The translations under genes and the position numbers were made by a program. The notes below the pieces were generated by a model. That model made no database searches. It saw only the letters and a list, made by a program, of their open reading frames with translations, and was not told the DNA's origin. From a virus (Duplodnaviria > Heunggongvirae > Uroviricota > Caudoviricetes): a stretch of DNA of 44,330 nucleotides. The stretch lies in IMG/VR virus record IMGVR_UViG_2541047714_000011; one strand, written 5' to 3'. Every line of letters begins with the position of its first letter. The stretch's first letter is position 1. This document shows, in pieces, positions 21,659 through 29,324 of this stretch.

Positions 21659-21901
21659 TCATGCTCCGGTGGTGAACAGGTCTAACGCTTCCTTCGATTT
21701 ACGCACCGCTTCGATAGTGCGGGTCGTGATATCTGAATTAGCGCCACCTGACTGGAAGTGAATTTTGAATAGCTCAAGCTTCAGCACGTCAGTGCCAATG
21801 AATTGAAATGCTTCTTCTGCGGCTGCGTTCTGGTTCATGACCAGCTTGTAAATCTCTAACAGGAATGTCTGTTCTTCAGTCACGGGAATAATCTCTGCCA
21901 T
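21659..21901 (-). CDS. Hypothetical protein (80 aa)
   Basis: Track ORF; conserved position between Rha and terminase. Confidence 0.45.
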   Translation of the reverse strand: MAEIIPVTEEQTFLLEIYKLVMNQNAAAEEAFQFIGTDVLKLELFKIHFQSGGANSDITTRTIEAVRKSKEALDLFTTGA

Positions 21902-22004
21902 TGTTGGCTCCGTTTATCCGTTAAAAGGGATATCAGTTAAGTTATCCCGTGTAGGGTATAAGCCATTATCAAAGCCACTCTGTAGGGAATGGCTTTTGTA
22001 ATAA

Positions 22005-22385
22005 CTACTGTTCGCTTAGCTTCTGCTTCAGCAAGTAACCTTCGAGCATCCAGATTTTGTTTACAGCATTCTGGCGAGCAATCTTGCGCCCGATTTCTTC
22101 ATCGAAGTTCTCTGGGCTGGCGCAGGCGCTTTCCCCGGTGACCGTAAAGCCATTCTTCAGCACCAGAACGCAGAATGTCAGCAGCTCCAGCTCGTCAGGC
22201 TGGTCTGGGATTTTTACGCTGTATGTTTCGCTTCTCTGCACATGAGCAAAGCGAGCACCATCAGCGGCCGTAAAGTAATGTTCGCTGGCGATTATGCTGG
22301 CAATGTGTTCAGGAGTAACGCGAGCCGCCTTACCATTGGCTGCGATTTCTTTTTCAATTTGCTTGTCGTTCATAATTATGACCAT
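22005..22385 (-). CDS. Hypothetical phage protein (126 aa; alternative ATG at 22373)
   Basis: Track ORF; no TM; not recognised with confidence. Confidence 0.5.
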   Translation of the reverse strand: MVIIMNDKQIEKEIAANGKAARVTPEHIASIIASEHYFTAADGARFAHVQRSETYSVKIPDQPDELELLTFCVLVLKNGFTVTGESACASPENFDEEIGRKIARQNAVNKIWMLEGYLLKQKLSEQ

Positions 22386-22656
22386 GTAGAGTGGTTGCTT
22401 GATTAGGATGTCTTTCCATCAGTCCGCCACCACAAAGAATCTTTTTTGCCATAAGGCTGGAGGTTCATCTTTCAGTGGCTGCCAGTGTTATTTCCCCACT
22501 TTCTGGCTTGGGTTGTTTCGCTGTACTGCCGCAACTGGTGGTGCACAGATTTAGTTAAATCTGTTCTCGCCTGAACTATCTTTTACATACCCGGATTGTG
22601 GGGATGTAAATCACGGTTTCATTATCAAGCCCACCCGTAGATGGGCTTTGGAATGG

Positions 22657-23175
22657 TCACTTTGGCAGTCCGGGGATCGATATTTGCGCCTGCTGCTCAA
22701 GCCTTTCGATTCTTGCTATGAGTTGCGGTTTTTTGATCCTGCCCCAGCGGTTCAGCAAGCGTCCTGACATACTGGCAACATCCTTTTCCTTCATGAACTC
22801 CAGCATTAACTCGTTGTGCTCTCTTTGGTATGAGTGAGCCATCTCCATCAGCCTGTCACGCATCCAATTAAATGCTTTGATAAACGCCTCTTTGATGGCG
22901 GCAGCTTTTTTGCCGGTAAACGACATGATGATGTACATCGCACCGTCTTTGGAAATTTCATATTCAACATACTGATTACCCTTGTGTTCATAGGTAACCC
23001 GCGAAAAGTTGCTGGTTAGAAATTCATCCGAACAGTCTAGCTTTTCGATTTTCTGAATGATGTGGTGATGCTGCTTGTCGAAGTAAGCTGCTACCTTGCG
23101 GGAGGTTGTGATCACGCGATCACCAGAAACAACCACCATGTCCCGGAAATCGAGATTAGCCAATTGATGATTCAT
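22657..23175 (-). CDS. rha: Phage regulatory protein, Rha-like
   Basis: ATG at 23175 gives 172 aa MNHQLANLDFRDMVVVSGDRVITTSRKVAAYFDKQHHHIIQKIEKL; Rha-like N-terminus; track ORF is N-extended to 23418. Confidence 0.6.
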   Translation of the reverse strand: MNHQLANLDFRDMVVVSGDRVITTSRKVAAYFDKQHHHIIQKIEKLDCSDEFLTSNFSRVTYEHKGNQYVEYEISKDGAMYIIMSFTGKKAAAIKEAFIKAFNWMRDRLMEMAHSYQREHNELMLEFMKEKDVASMSGRLLNRWGRIKKPQLIARIERLEQQAQISIPGLPK

Positions 23176-23517
23176 AGCGTCTTTACCTTTTAGAAAGTGA
23201 GCCTGTCTCACAGAAAAGCCGCCCGAGAGAGGTCGCCACCTATAACGGCATTTCTCAGGCTCGCTTACTGAAAGGCTCTCGTTAATATGCGCGTGAGATG
23301 CGCTGTGAAATTCAGATATAAAAAAGCCCCGCGAATGCGAGGCTAAATCCTGGTATTTGTGATGACTGGCTCTTATCTCAACACAGCCCCTTACCGCGCG
23401 CCAGATGCTCAATATCAAGCATCAGCAATGAGATATTTAATCCGGATTCACTCCAGAAGTGTTCACCACCCTGCCTACAGAGCCAGATGTGAAGGATGAT
23501 AAGTAAAATTATCGCTA

Positions 23518-23955
23518 TCATCGAAGGCATTGCGTCCTGATGTATTCCTGCAGGTAGTTAACCTGCGCGGTTATCTTGTCGATTCCACTTCGGAGACGGT
23601 AATAATTGAGTTCAGCATCTGCTGTAAGTCTTGGGCTTTCTCCATCGCCCATGCTGCTGGCTCCGGTCGTTGACTTTGCACAGATGGCGGCGACTTGCAG
23701 GCGCTTACGCCCAGCAGAAACATCAAAACGGAGACTTTCGATAGTCGCGTTTGCATCAGCAAGCTCCTTTGTGTATCTGGCGTCAAGTTCCGCTACATCA
23801 CGTTGACGCTTCTGCATATCAGCGATGATGGATGCGGCCTTATCACGCTGCTCTTTGTAGGCGATGGCGTTATCACGGTAATGATTAACAGCCCATGACA
23901 GGCAGACGATGATGCAGATAACCAGAGCGGAGATAATCGCGGTGACTCTGCTCAT
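23518..23955 (-). CDS. Rz: i-spanin Rz
   Basis: 145 aa; N-terminus [31 protein letters not shown] matches lambda Rz; ATGA overlap with R stop. Confidence 0.85.
   Translation of the reverse strand: MSRVTAIISALVICIIVCLSWAVNHYRDNAIAYKEQRDKAASIIADMQKRQRDVAELDARYTKELADANATIESLRFDVSAGRKRLQVAAICAKSTTGASSMGDGESPRLTADAELNYYRLRSGIDKITAQVNYLQEYIRTQCLR
23571..23756 (-). CDS. Rz1: o-spanin Rz1 (lipoprotein), embedded in Rz in another frame
   Basis: 61 aa from internal ATG; lipobox LLGVSAC; Pro-rich mature part. Confidence 0.7.
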   Translation of the reverse strand: MQTRLSKVSVLMFLLGVSACKSPPSVQSQRPEPAAWAMEKAQDLQQMLNSIITVSEVESTR

Positions 23956-24428
23956 ACCTCAATCTCTCTGACCGTTCCGCCAGCTTCTTTGAATTTTGCA
24001 ATCAGGCTGTCAACCTTATGCTCGAACTGACCATAACCAGCGCCCGGCAGTGAAGCCCAGATATTGCTGCAACGGTCGATAGCCTGACGGATATCACCGC
24101 GATCAATCATCGGCAAAGCGCCACGCTCCTTAATCTGCTGCAATGCAACAGCATCCTGGCTTTTAGGAGAGAAGTCTTTCAGGCCAAGCTGCTTACGATA
24201 GGCATCCCACCAACGGGAAAGAAGCTGGTAACGTCCGGCGGCTGTTGATTTGAGTTTTGGGTTTAGCGTGACAAGTTTGCGAGGGTGATCGGAGTAATCA
24301 GTGAATAGCTCTCCGCCAACAATGACGTCATAACCATGATTTCTGGTTTTTTGACGTCCGTTATCAGTTCCCTCTGACCACGCCAGCATATCGAGAAACG
24401 CCTTACGTTGATTATTGATTTCCACCAT
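23952..24428 (-). CDS. R: Endolysin, lambda R-type lytic transglycosylase
   Basis: 158 aa [49 protein letters not shown]..., essentially lambda R. Confidence 0.9.
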   Translation of the reverse strand: MVEINNQRKAFLDMLAWSEGTDNGRQKTRNHGYDVIVGGELFTDYSDHPRKLVTLNPKLKSTAAGRYQLLSRWWDAYRKQLGLKDFSPKSQDAVALQQIKERGALPMIDRGDIRQAIDRCSNIWASLPGAGYGQFEHKVDSLIAKFKEAGGTVREIEV

Positions 24429-24735
24429 CTTCTACTCCGGCTTTTTTAGCAGCGAAGCGTTTGATAAGCGAACCAATCGAGTCAGTACCGATGTAGCCGA
24501 TGAACACGCTCGTTATATAAGCGAGATTGCTACTTAGTCCGGCGAAGTCGAGAAGGTCACGAATGAACCAGGCGATAATGGCGCACATCGTTGCGTCGAT
24601 TACTGTTTTTGTAAACGCACCGCCATTATATCTGCCGCGAAGGTACGCCATTGCAAACGCAAGGATTGCCCCGATGCCTTGTTCCTTTGCCGCGAGAATG
24701 GCGGCTAACAGGTCATGTTTTTCTGGCATCTTCAT
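24412..24735 (-). CDS. S: Holin/antiholin, lambda S-type (S107/S105 dual start)
   Basis: 107 aa [41 protein letters not shown]..., essentially lambda S including the Met1-Lys2-Met3 dual-start motif. Confidence 0.9.
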   Translation of the reverse strand: MKMPEKHDLLAAILAAKEQGIGAILAFAMAYLRGRYNGGAFTKTVIDATMCAIIAWFIRDLLDFAGLSSNLAYITSVFIGYIGTDSIGSLIKRFAAKKAGVEDGGNQ

Positions 24736-24977
24736 GTCTTACCCCCAATAAGGGGATTTGCTCTATTTAATTAGGAATAAGGTCGATTACTGATAGAACA
24801 AATCCAGGCTACTGTGTTTAGTAATCAGATTTGTTCGTGACCGATATGCACGGGCAAAACGGCAGGAGGTTGTTAGCGCAGCCTCTTGCCACCCGCTTTC
24901 ACGAAGATCATGTGTAGAAGGCCGCAGCGTAACTATCACTGATGAATTCAGGACATCCAGTGGCTACGGCTCAGTTA

Positions 24978-25053
24978 TGGTGCTGGTTAACGGACTTGAA
25001 CCGCTACCCATTCGCTTACAAGGCGACTGCTCTACCATTGGAGCTAAACCAGC
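24978..25053 (-). tRNA. Phage tRNA-like gene, probable tRNA-Thr (anticodon UGU)
   Basis: Hand-folded 76-nt cloverleaf: acceptor GCTGGTT/AACCAGC, D-arm GCTC-CAATGGTA-GAGC, anticodon loop CTTGTAA, T-loop TTCAAGT, 3' ACCA. Confidence 0.6.
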
Positions 25054-25058
25054 ATATT

Positions 25059-25133
25059 TGGCGGGACAGCGTGGACTCGAACCACGATAAGAAGGTTAAC
25101 AGCCTTCCGTAATGACCTTTATACGACTGACCC
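25059..25133 (-). tRNA. Phage tRNA-like gene, possible tRNA-Asn (anticodon GUU), non-canonical D-arm
   Basis: 75 nt: acceptor GGGTCAG/CTGTCCC (one mismatch), anticodon stem GAAGG/CCTTC with loop CTGTTAA, T-arm CGTGG-TTCGAGT-CCACG, 3' GCCA; D-arm irregular. Confidence 0.4.
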
Positions 25134-25137
25134 AAAT

Positions 25138-25179
25138 AAAAAAAGCCACCGTTGCAACTTAAGAGTCACTAACGGCAGC
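25138..25179 (-). terminator. tR'-like intrinsic terminator downstream of the presumed late promoter
   Basis: Minus-strand stem gcugccguu/aacgguggc (two G-U pairs) followed by 7 U; a TTGACA -35-like hexamer lies just after the Q stop (25214-25219). Confidence 0.45.
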
Positions 25180-25224
25180 TTATGCGAATAGTGTTGCTCA
25201 TTTGCTCAATGATGTCAACACGTT

Positions 25225-25713
25225 CTATGCTACATGTTTAATTTTCTCTACACGTTTCCGGTTTTTAAACGCACTATCCAGAACCGGGTAAATCATAAAC
25301 AACGAGGCATTGAGGATTTCGTCAACTTCCCGTCGACAGGTTGCGAGCGATGGTTTTTGAATGCGCCCGCCGCCCCGGCATAACATCTTGCGAGGTCTTG
25401 CGACGCGATGATAGTAAGATGCAATGGCGTGCTTGGAAGAGCCGTGGGCGTAGTAGCTGAGGAGGATGCCAAAGGCTTTCTTGTCAATGTACATGACGGA
25501 ATCGACGACCTGAGAAATCAACATTCCATCATCATCATTACACATTGGCCTTGCCATAACTCTTCCCGGCTCTACGCTCTCCATGAACTTAGCTATTACG
25601 CTGCTCATGCGCTTTTCCAGACGACCTGAATAAACCCATGCTCCCCACAGTTCAAGCCAGCCATTCAGCCACTCGTGCTGCTCTTTGGTGAGGTTTAGTT
25701 CTCTTATGCTCAT
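25225..25713 (-). CDS. Q: Late-gene antiterminator Q (phage 82/QuuD-like family)
   Basis: 162 aa with WGAW...C.DDD pattern recalled for 82-type Q proteins; immediately upstream of the lysis genes; ATGA overlap with ninH stop. Confidence 0.65.
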   Translation of the reverse strand: MSIRELNLTKEQHEWLNGWLELWGAWVYSGRLEKRMSSVIAKFMESVEPGRVMARPMCNDDDGMLISQVVDSVMYIDKKAFGILLSYYAHGSSKHAIASYYHRVARPRKMLCRGGGRIQKPSLATCRREVDEILNASLFMIYPVLDSAFKNRKRVEKIKHVA

Positions 25714-25898
25714 CGTCTTCCCCTCTTGCCCTGTTTGACCATCAGGACGCCGTTAACTATTACGTGACGCTCACCTTTGCTGTCTCGGTTGTACTTGAGC
25801 ACTGTTCCTCTTGCACAGGAAAGCATCCTCGCCACTTCGGTCTGATTGCCTCGTGTCTGGATAAGAAGCTCTGGTATCGTTTGAATTGTGGCGTTCAT
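25710..25898 (-). CDS. ninH: NinH-like protein
   Basis: 62 aa ...TIPELLIQTRGNQTEVARMLSCARGTVLKY... resembles lambda NinH as recalled. Confidence 0.7.
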   Translation of the reverse strand: MNATIQTIPELLIQTRGNQTEVARMLSCARGTVLKYNRDSKGERHVIVNGVLMVKQGKRGRR

Positions 25899-26257
25899 GC
25901 GTTCTCCAGTTCGGTGATTTTTATTCCAAGCCTTCCGCCTGGAACTTTCACGCCACGAATTACGCGAATGTCATCGAATTGCTCGTCGTCTTCCGCAAAT
26001 CCGGCGTGGATAAGGGAGTCGAGTAAACCTTTCAGGATGTTGTCGAGGTCGCGGCGGCGGGAGTCCGGAACGTCTGCGATTACTTTGATGCGGAGTCGTG
26101 ATTTGGTGAAAATGTCTAACTTAAGTTGGCGGATGATTTGCTGAACGTCTTTTCGGTATTTCTGGCCTTTATCGCTGATGTAGTATTGGCTTCCCCGTCT
26201 TCGCCAGTAGGTATTCAGCGACGGTGGGTACGGAAGTGTGAATCTGTATTCTGCCAT
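25895..26257 (-). CDS. rusA: Holliday-junction resolvase, RusA family
   Basis: 120 aa; LPYPPSLNTYWRRRG...DRRRRDLDN...GGRLGIKITELEN matches RusA motifs. Confidence 0.85.
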   Translation of the reverse strand: MAEYRFTLPYPPSLNTYWRRRGSQYYISDKGQKYRKDVQQIIRQLKLDIFTKSRLRIKVIADVPDSRRRDLDNILKGLLDSLIHAGFAEDDEQFDDIRVIRGVKVPGGRLGIKITELENA

Positions 26258-26782
26258 TTATCCTCTCCCATGATTATGGTGATAGCCCAATCGTGATTCC
26301 GCCAATTTTCTGGCATTAACGGCTAGAGATATGTCATCGTATAATCCAAGAAATATCTTTTTATTATCACTGTTTATATATGCGCCCCACTTTTTATTCT
26401 TCTTATAGTAGGCAACACCCATTACTCCAGAGCGATTATTAATAGGCTTTTTTCTGTTCCTTGAGTTCTGTTTATCATCTACAACGCGCAAATTGCATAT
26501 TCTGTTATCGCTTTTAATTCCATTTATGTGGTCAATTTCCCCATCAGGTTCACTTCCATAAAAGGATATCCATGCGATTCTATGAGCTCGACAAACTTTT
26601 TTATTTACAGATATACGAACGTATCCTTTTTCATCTATAGAACCAGCAATCTTACAGGCATATGTTGAATTCCAGCACTCTCTTACACTTTCTCTTCTCT
26701 TGTATATAAACAAACCTGTTTCGCTATTATATTCATACAATTCATTGATTTCTTTTTGTGTTGGATATCTTTTACCGTTCAT
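26258..26782 (-). CDS. HNH endonuclease with C-terminal AP2-like DNA-binding domain
   Basis: 174 aa; HNH motif IDHINGIKSDNRICNLRVV..QN; AP2-like SGVMGVAYYKKNKKWGAYIN...LGLYDD; AT-rich relative to neighbours. Confidence 0.8.
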   Translation of the reverse strand: MNGKRYPTQKEINELYEYNSETGLFIYKRRESVRECWNSTYACKIAGSIDEKGYVRISVNKKVCRAHRIAWISFYGSEPDGEIDHINGIKSDNRICNLRVVDDKQNSRNRKKPINNRSGVMGVAYYKKNKKWGAYINSDNKKIFLGLYDDISLAVNARKLAESRLGYHHNHGRG

Positions 26783-27069
26783 GACTTAATCTTCCCCTCC
26801 TTCAGCAGTATCGCCTGCGTCCTGATCACGCCTTCGAGGTGGTAAAGTCTGGCGTCTTTGTTGTCGAGGTTATGGGTGCGTCGGTCGATTTCATCGTGAC
26901 ACGCGCTACAAGCCCATGCTCCGATCAGGTCGTCAGGTTTCATTCCCGTTCCGCAAATTCCAGCCATCCGGTAATGTGCCAGAACTGTAGTTTCAGGATT
27001 ACCATTGCATACGCCGTAAATACGTACCTGGCATTCTCTTCCGCGCGCTTCTTTGCGTAGGTTAGCCAT
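26779..27069 (-). CDS. DUF1364/YbcO-like putative nuclease
   Basis: 96 aa; Cys-rich RGRECQVRIYGVCNGNPETTVLAH...ACSACHDEIDRR resembles DLP12 YbcO as recalled. Confidence 0.65.
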   Translation of the reverse strand: MANLRKEARGRECQVRIYGVCNGNPETTVLAHYRMAGICGTGMKPDDLIGAWACSACHDEIDRRTHNLDNKDARLYHLEGVIRTQAILLKEGKIKS

Positions 27070-27791
27070 TAAGCAGCCTCCCCTGTTACTTTCAGCATTC
27101 CGTTATCGAGCAGCTTTCTGGTCAGCCACTGTTGACCACGCCCGGTGATTTTTGTGGTGAACGATATCTGTATTCCGTGATTTGTGTTGACCGCTGTTTC
27201 TTTTACGGTGAAATAGCCGCGATCCATATATTCCTGCATTGGCACATTGCGCCGGGAACCTGAAGCAATAAGGATTTTGCGATCGCGCATCCATGCAAAC
27301 AGTTTGTTTGGACCAATACCAACAACCTTTGCATAGTTTCCAATCAAAATTCCGCTGGCCTCGCCAACGCGATCGGCAAACTCAACTTTAGGTGCGGCAA
27401 TTGCGAGCTGGTTTTCCAGTTGCATTTTCTGCTCAGCAAGATCAGCAGCAAGGCGCAACGCTTCTGGTAGAGTTTTGGGGATATTAACCTCAGCGTCTTC
27501 AAGCTCTCGCCAACGGTCAACAAGGCGAGCGGTGAATTCCGGCGACAACTGGGCAACAACGACAATACTGTCTCGCTTACCTTGTTCGCCTTCGAAGACG
27601 TAATGCTCGTACTGAACATTGAACCCTAAGTTATTGATTCTTTCGGAAACCTCAATTTGAGGAAGCCGGATAACACCATTTTTAGCCAGCGTTTCGATGG
27701 TACGTTTCACATTGTCATGACGCTTACCAACCAACTCAGCGATTTCAATGCTTGTCATTTTGATGGCATTGCCATTTATTAACTCATTCAT
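27069..27791 (-). CDS. Antirepressor (Rha-like N-terminal domain plus KilAC/ANT C-terminal domain)
   Basis: 240 aa; N-terminus MTSIEIAELVGKRHDNVKRTIETL; C-terminal ANT-like region. Confidence 0.75.
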   Translation of the reverse strand: MNELINGNAIKMTSIEIAELVGKRHDNVKRTIETLAKNGVIRLPQIEVSERINNLGFNVQYEHYVFEGEQGKRDSIVVVAQLSPEFTARLVDRWRELEDAEVNIPKTLPEALRLAADLAEQKMQLENQLAIAAPKVEFADRVGEASGILIGNYAKVVGIGPNKLFAWMRDRKILIASGSRRNVPMQEYMDRGYFTVKETAVNTNHGIQISFTTKITGRGQQWLTRKLLDNGMLKVTGEAA

Positions 27792-27954
27792 CGTCTTCTT
27801 CCTCGTACATTGAGCTATTCGGATCGCTCATCAGTTCTGCGCAGCAGTGCTCACACACGTGAACTTCCAGCACATGCAGCTTCTGACCGCAGTTAGCGCA
27901 CGTTAAAGCTCGCTCGACACTTCCTTGTTCGTAACTTCGATTTTGGTCAATCAC
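27784..27954 (-). CDS. ninF: NinF-like protein (GTG start)
   Basis: Hand-translated 56 aa ...[45 protein letters not shown], as recalled for lambda NinF; stop overlaps the antirepressor start. Confidence 0.6.
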   Translation of the reverse strand: MIDQNRSYEQGSVERALTCANCGQKLHVLEVHVCEHCCAELMSDPNSSMYEEEDDE

Positions 27955-28133
27955 CTTGTTTTCCTCGCACGTTCTCTAAGCCACCGGATATCCCACAGGT
28001 GAGCCGTGTAGTTGAAGGTTTTTACGTCAGATTCTTTTGGGATTGGCTTGCGTTTATTTCTGGAGCGTTTCGTTGGAAGGTATTTGCAGTTTTCGCAGAT
28101 GATGTCGGTGAAACTTCGTCGCTGTCGTCTCAT
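27951..28133 (-). CDS. ninE: NinE-like protein
   Basis: 60 aa from internal ATG: [60 protein letters not shown]; ATGA overlap with ninB stop. Confidence 0.5.
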   Translation of the reverse strand: MRRQRRSFTDIICENCKYLPTKRSRNKRKPIPKESDVKTFNYTAHLWDIRWLRERARKTR

Positions 28134-28540
28134 TCGTACCTCCTGTCGGTAAATCTGACACCCTGACCAATAGCCCATGCTGTCGTGTACTCAATCAGAC
28201 TTGCCATACGCTTCACACTCATCTGCGCGCTACTTTCGCGAATGTTGACGTATTCGCCTTCAAGCCCGGGCAAAACATCAGCTTCCTGCTTTGTTGCCAC
28301 TGCATGACCGCTTATCAACAAAACCTTCCATTGTTCTGGTTTTAACCATTTATCGCGCCACTGAACTTGCCTGGCGATATCTGCGACCATAGCGTGAAAT
28401 TTTGCGTTCTGGTCAAGGTTGCGCTTGTAGTCAGTAATGCGGATGGTAACTGGCTTGTCTTTATCGAGTGGTGTTGCGAGGATGGCGTTGATTGCGGCTT
28501 GCTGTTGTTGCTTAGTTCGGAGGAATATTGTTTGCTTCAC
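28130..28540 (-). CDS. ninB: NinB-like recombination protein
   Basis: 136 aa; GTG start with AAGGAG; ...[28 protein letters not shown] similar to lambda NinB. Confidence 0.75.
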   Translation of the reverse strand: MKQTIFLRTKQQQQAAINAILATPLDKDKPVTIRITDYKRNLDQNAKFHAMVADIARQVQWRDKWLKPEQWKVLLISGHAVATKQEADVLPGLEGEYVNIRESSAQMSVKRMASLIEYTTAWAIGQGVRFTDRRYE

Positions 28541-28551
28541 TGAACACTCCT

Positions 28552-28737
28552 TTATTTTTTATGCCTGTAACCCCATTCTTCCAGCAACCTTGCGGCGTAC
28601 CACCCAAGAAACAAAGGAAAGAACATTACAATGAGATATTCCCCGCCACGGTCAATGTTCGAAATTGACCAGATTACGATGTAACCAGTGCAGAACAGGA
28701 ATATTACAAACCCCAAAAAGCTACTTCGTCGACTCAT
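28552..28737 (-). CDS. Hypothetical small membrane protein (~61 aa)
   Basis: Two predicted TM helices; ATG at 28737 preceded by AAGGAG. Confidence 0.4.
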   Translation of the reverse strand: MSRRSSFLGFVIFLFCTGYIVIWSISNIDRGGEYLIVMFFPLFLGWYAARLLEEWGYRHKK

Positions 28738-28739
28738 AC

Positions 28740-29024
28740 TCACTCCTTCACTTTGATTCCAGCGGCGCGGATGGATTCATCGATATCGTCACGGTCGTAC
28801 ACAGCAATAGCATCACTGACAAACCATACAGGCAACTCAATTTCAATAGCTGCTCGCGATGCCTGCCACGTTTGCCAGTGGCCTTGAACATCGTCCATCA
28901 CGTATTGACCACCAATATCACCACTGCCAATTTCATGGTGATTTTCAGGGTAACGGATAAGGTCTGATGATTCGCCTCCACGTCGCAACCAACTTTCTTC
29001 AAACTGCTTTCTTGATTCGTCCAT
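28740..29024 (-). CDS. Hypothetical acidic protein (94 aa)
   Basis: Track ORF; not recognised. Confidence 0.4.
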   Translation of the reverse strand: MDESRKQFEESWLRRGGESSDLIRYPENHHEIGSGDIGGQYVMDDVQGHWQTWQASRAAIEIELPVWFVSDAIAVYDRDDIDESIRAAGIKVKE

Positions 29025-29041
29025 CGATACTTACCCTCAGT

Positions 29042-29248
29042 TCAACTCACAAAACGCCACGCCATTTTTGCTACGACAACAGGCATAACACCGATAATCA
29101 CCCAGACAAATGCAGCGCCAAACAACGTATACCATGGGTCTTTACCGTCATTCACAAGACGAATGTAGCTATGCAGAACAATAAAAAACGTCAGAAGAAT
29201 CCATCCAACGCCAACGCATTTGAATGCGACGAGCATAAACTCAGCCAC
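29042..29248 (-). CDS. Hypothetical small membrane protein (68 aa)
   Basis: Two predicted TM helices; GTG start preceded by GGGGGAGAG. Confidence 0.4.
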   Translation of the reverse strand: MAEFMLVAFKCVGVGWILLTFFIVLHSYIRLVNDGKDPWYTLFGAAFVWVIIGVMPVVVAKMAWRFVS

Positions 29249-29324
29249 GATTTACTCTCCCCCAAATAAAAAGGCCTGCGATTACCAGCAGGCCTGTTAT
29301 TAGCTCAGTGATGTAGATGGTCAT

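Noticed and set aside
24736-25224. Toxin cargo (for example stx) between Q and S
   Set aside because: The interval holds only two tRNA-like genes and a terminator; there is no room for a toxin operon
27951-28178. Long form (75 aa) of the track ORF for ninE
   Set aside because: The N-terminal extension overlaps ninB; the internal ATG at 28133 gives a 60-aa protein with an ATGA overlap to the ninB stop
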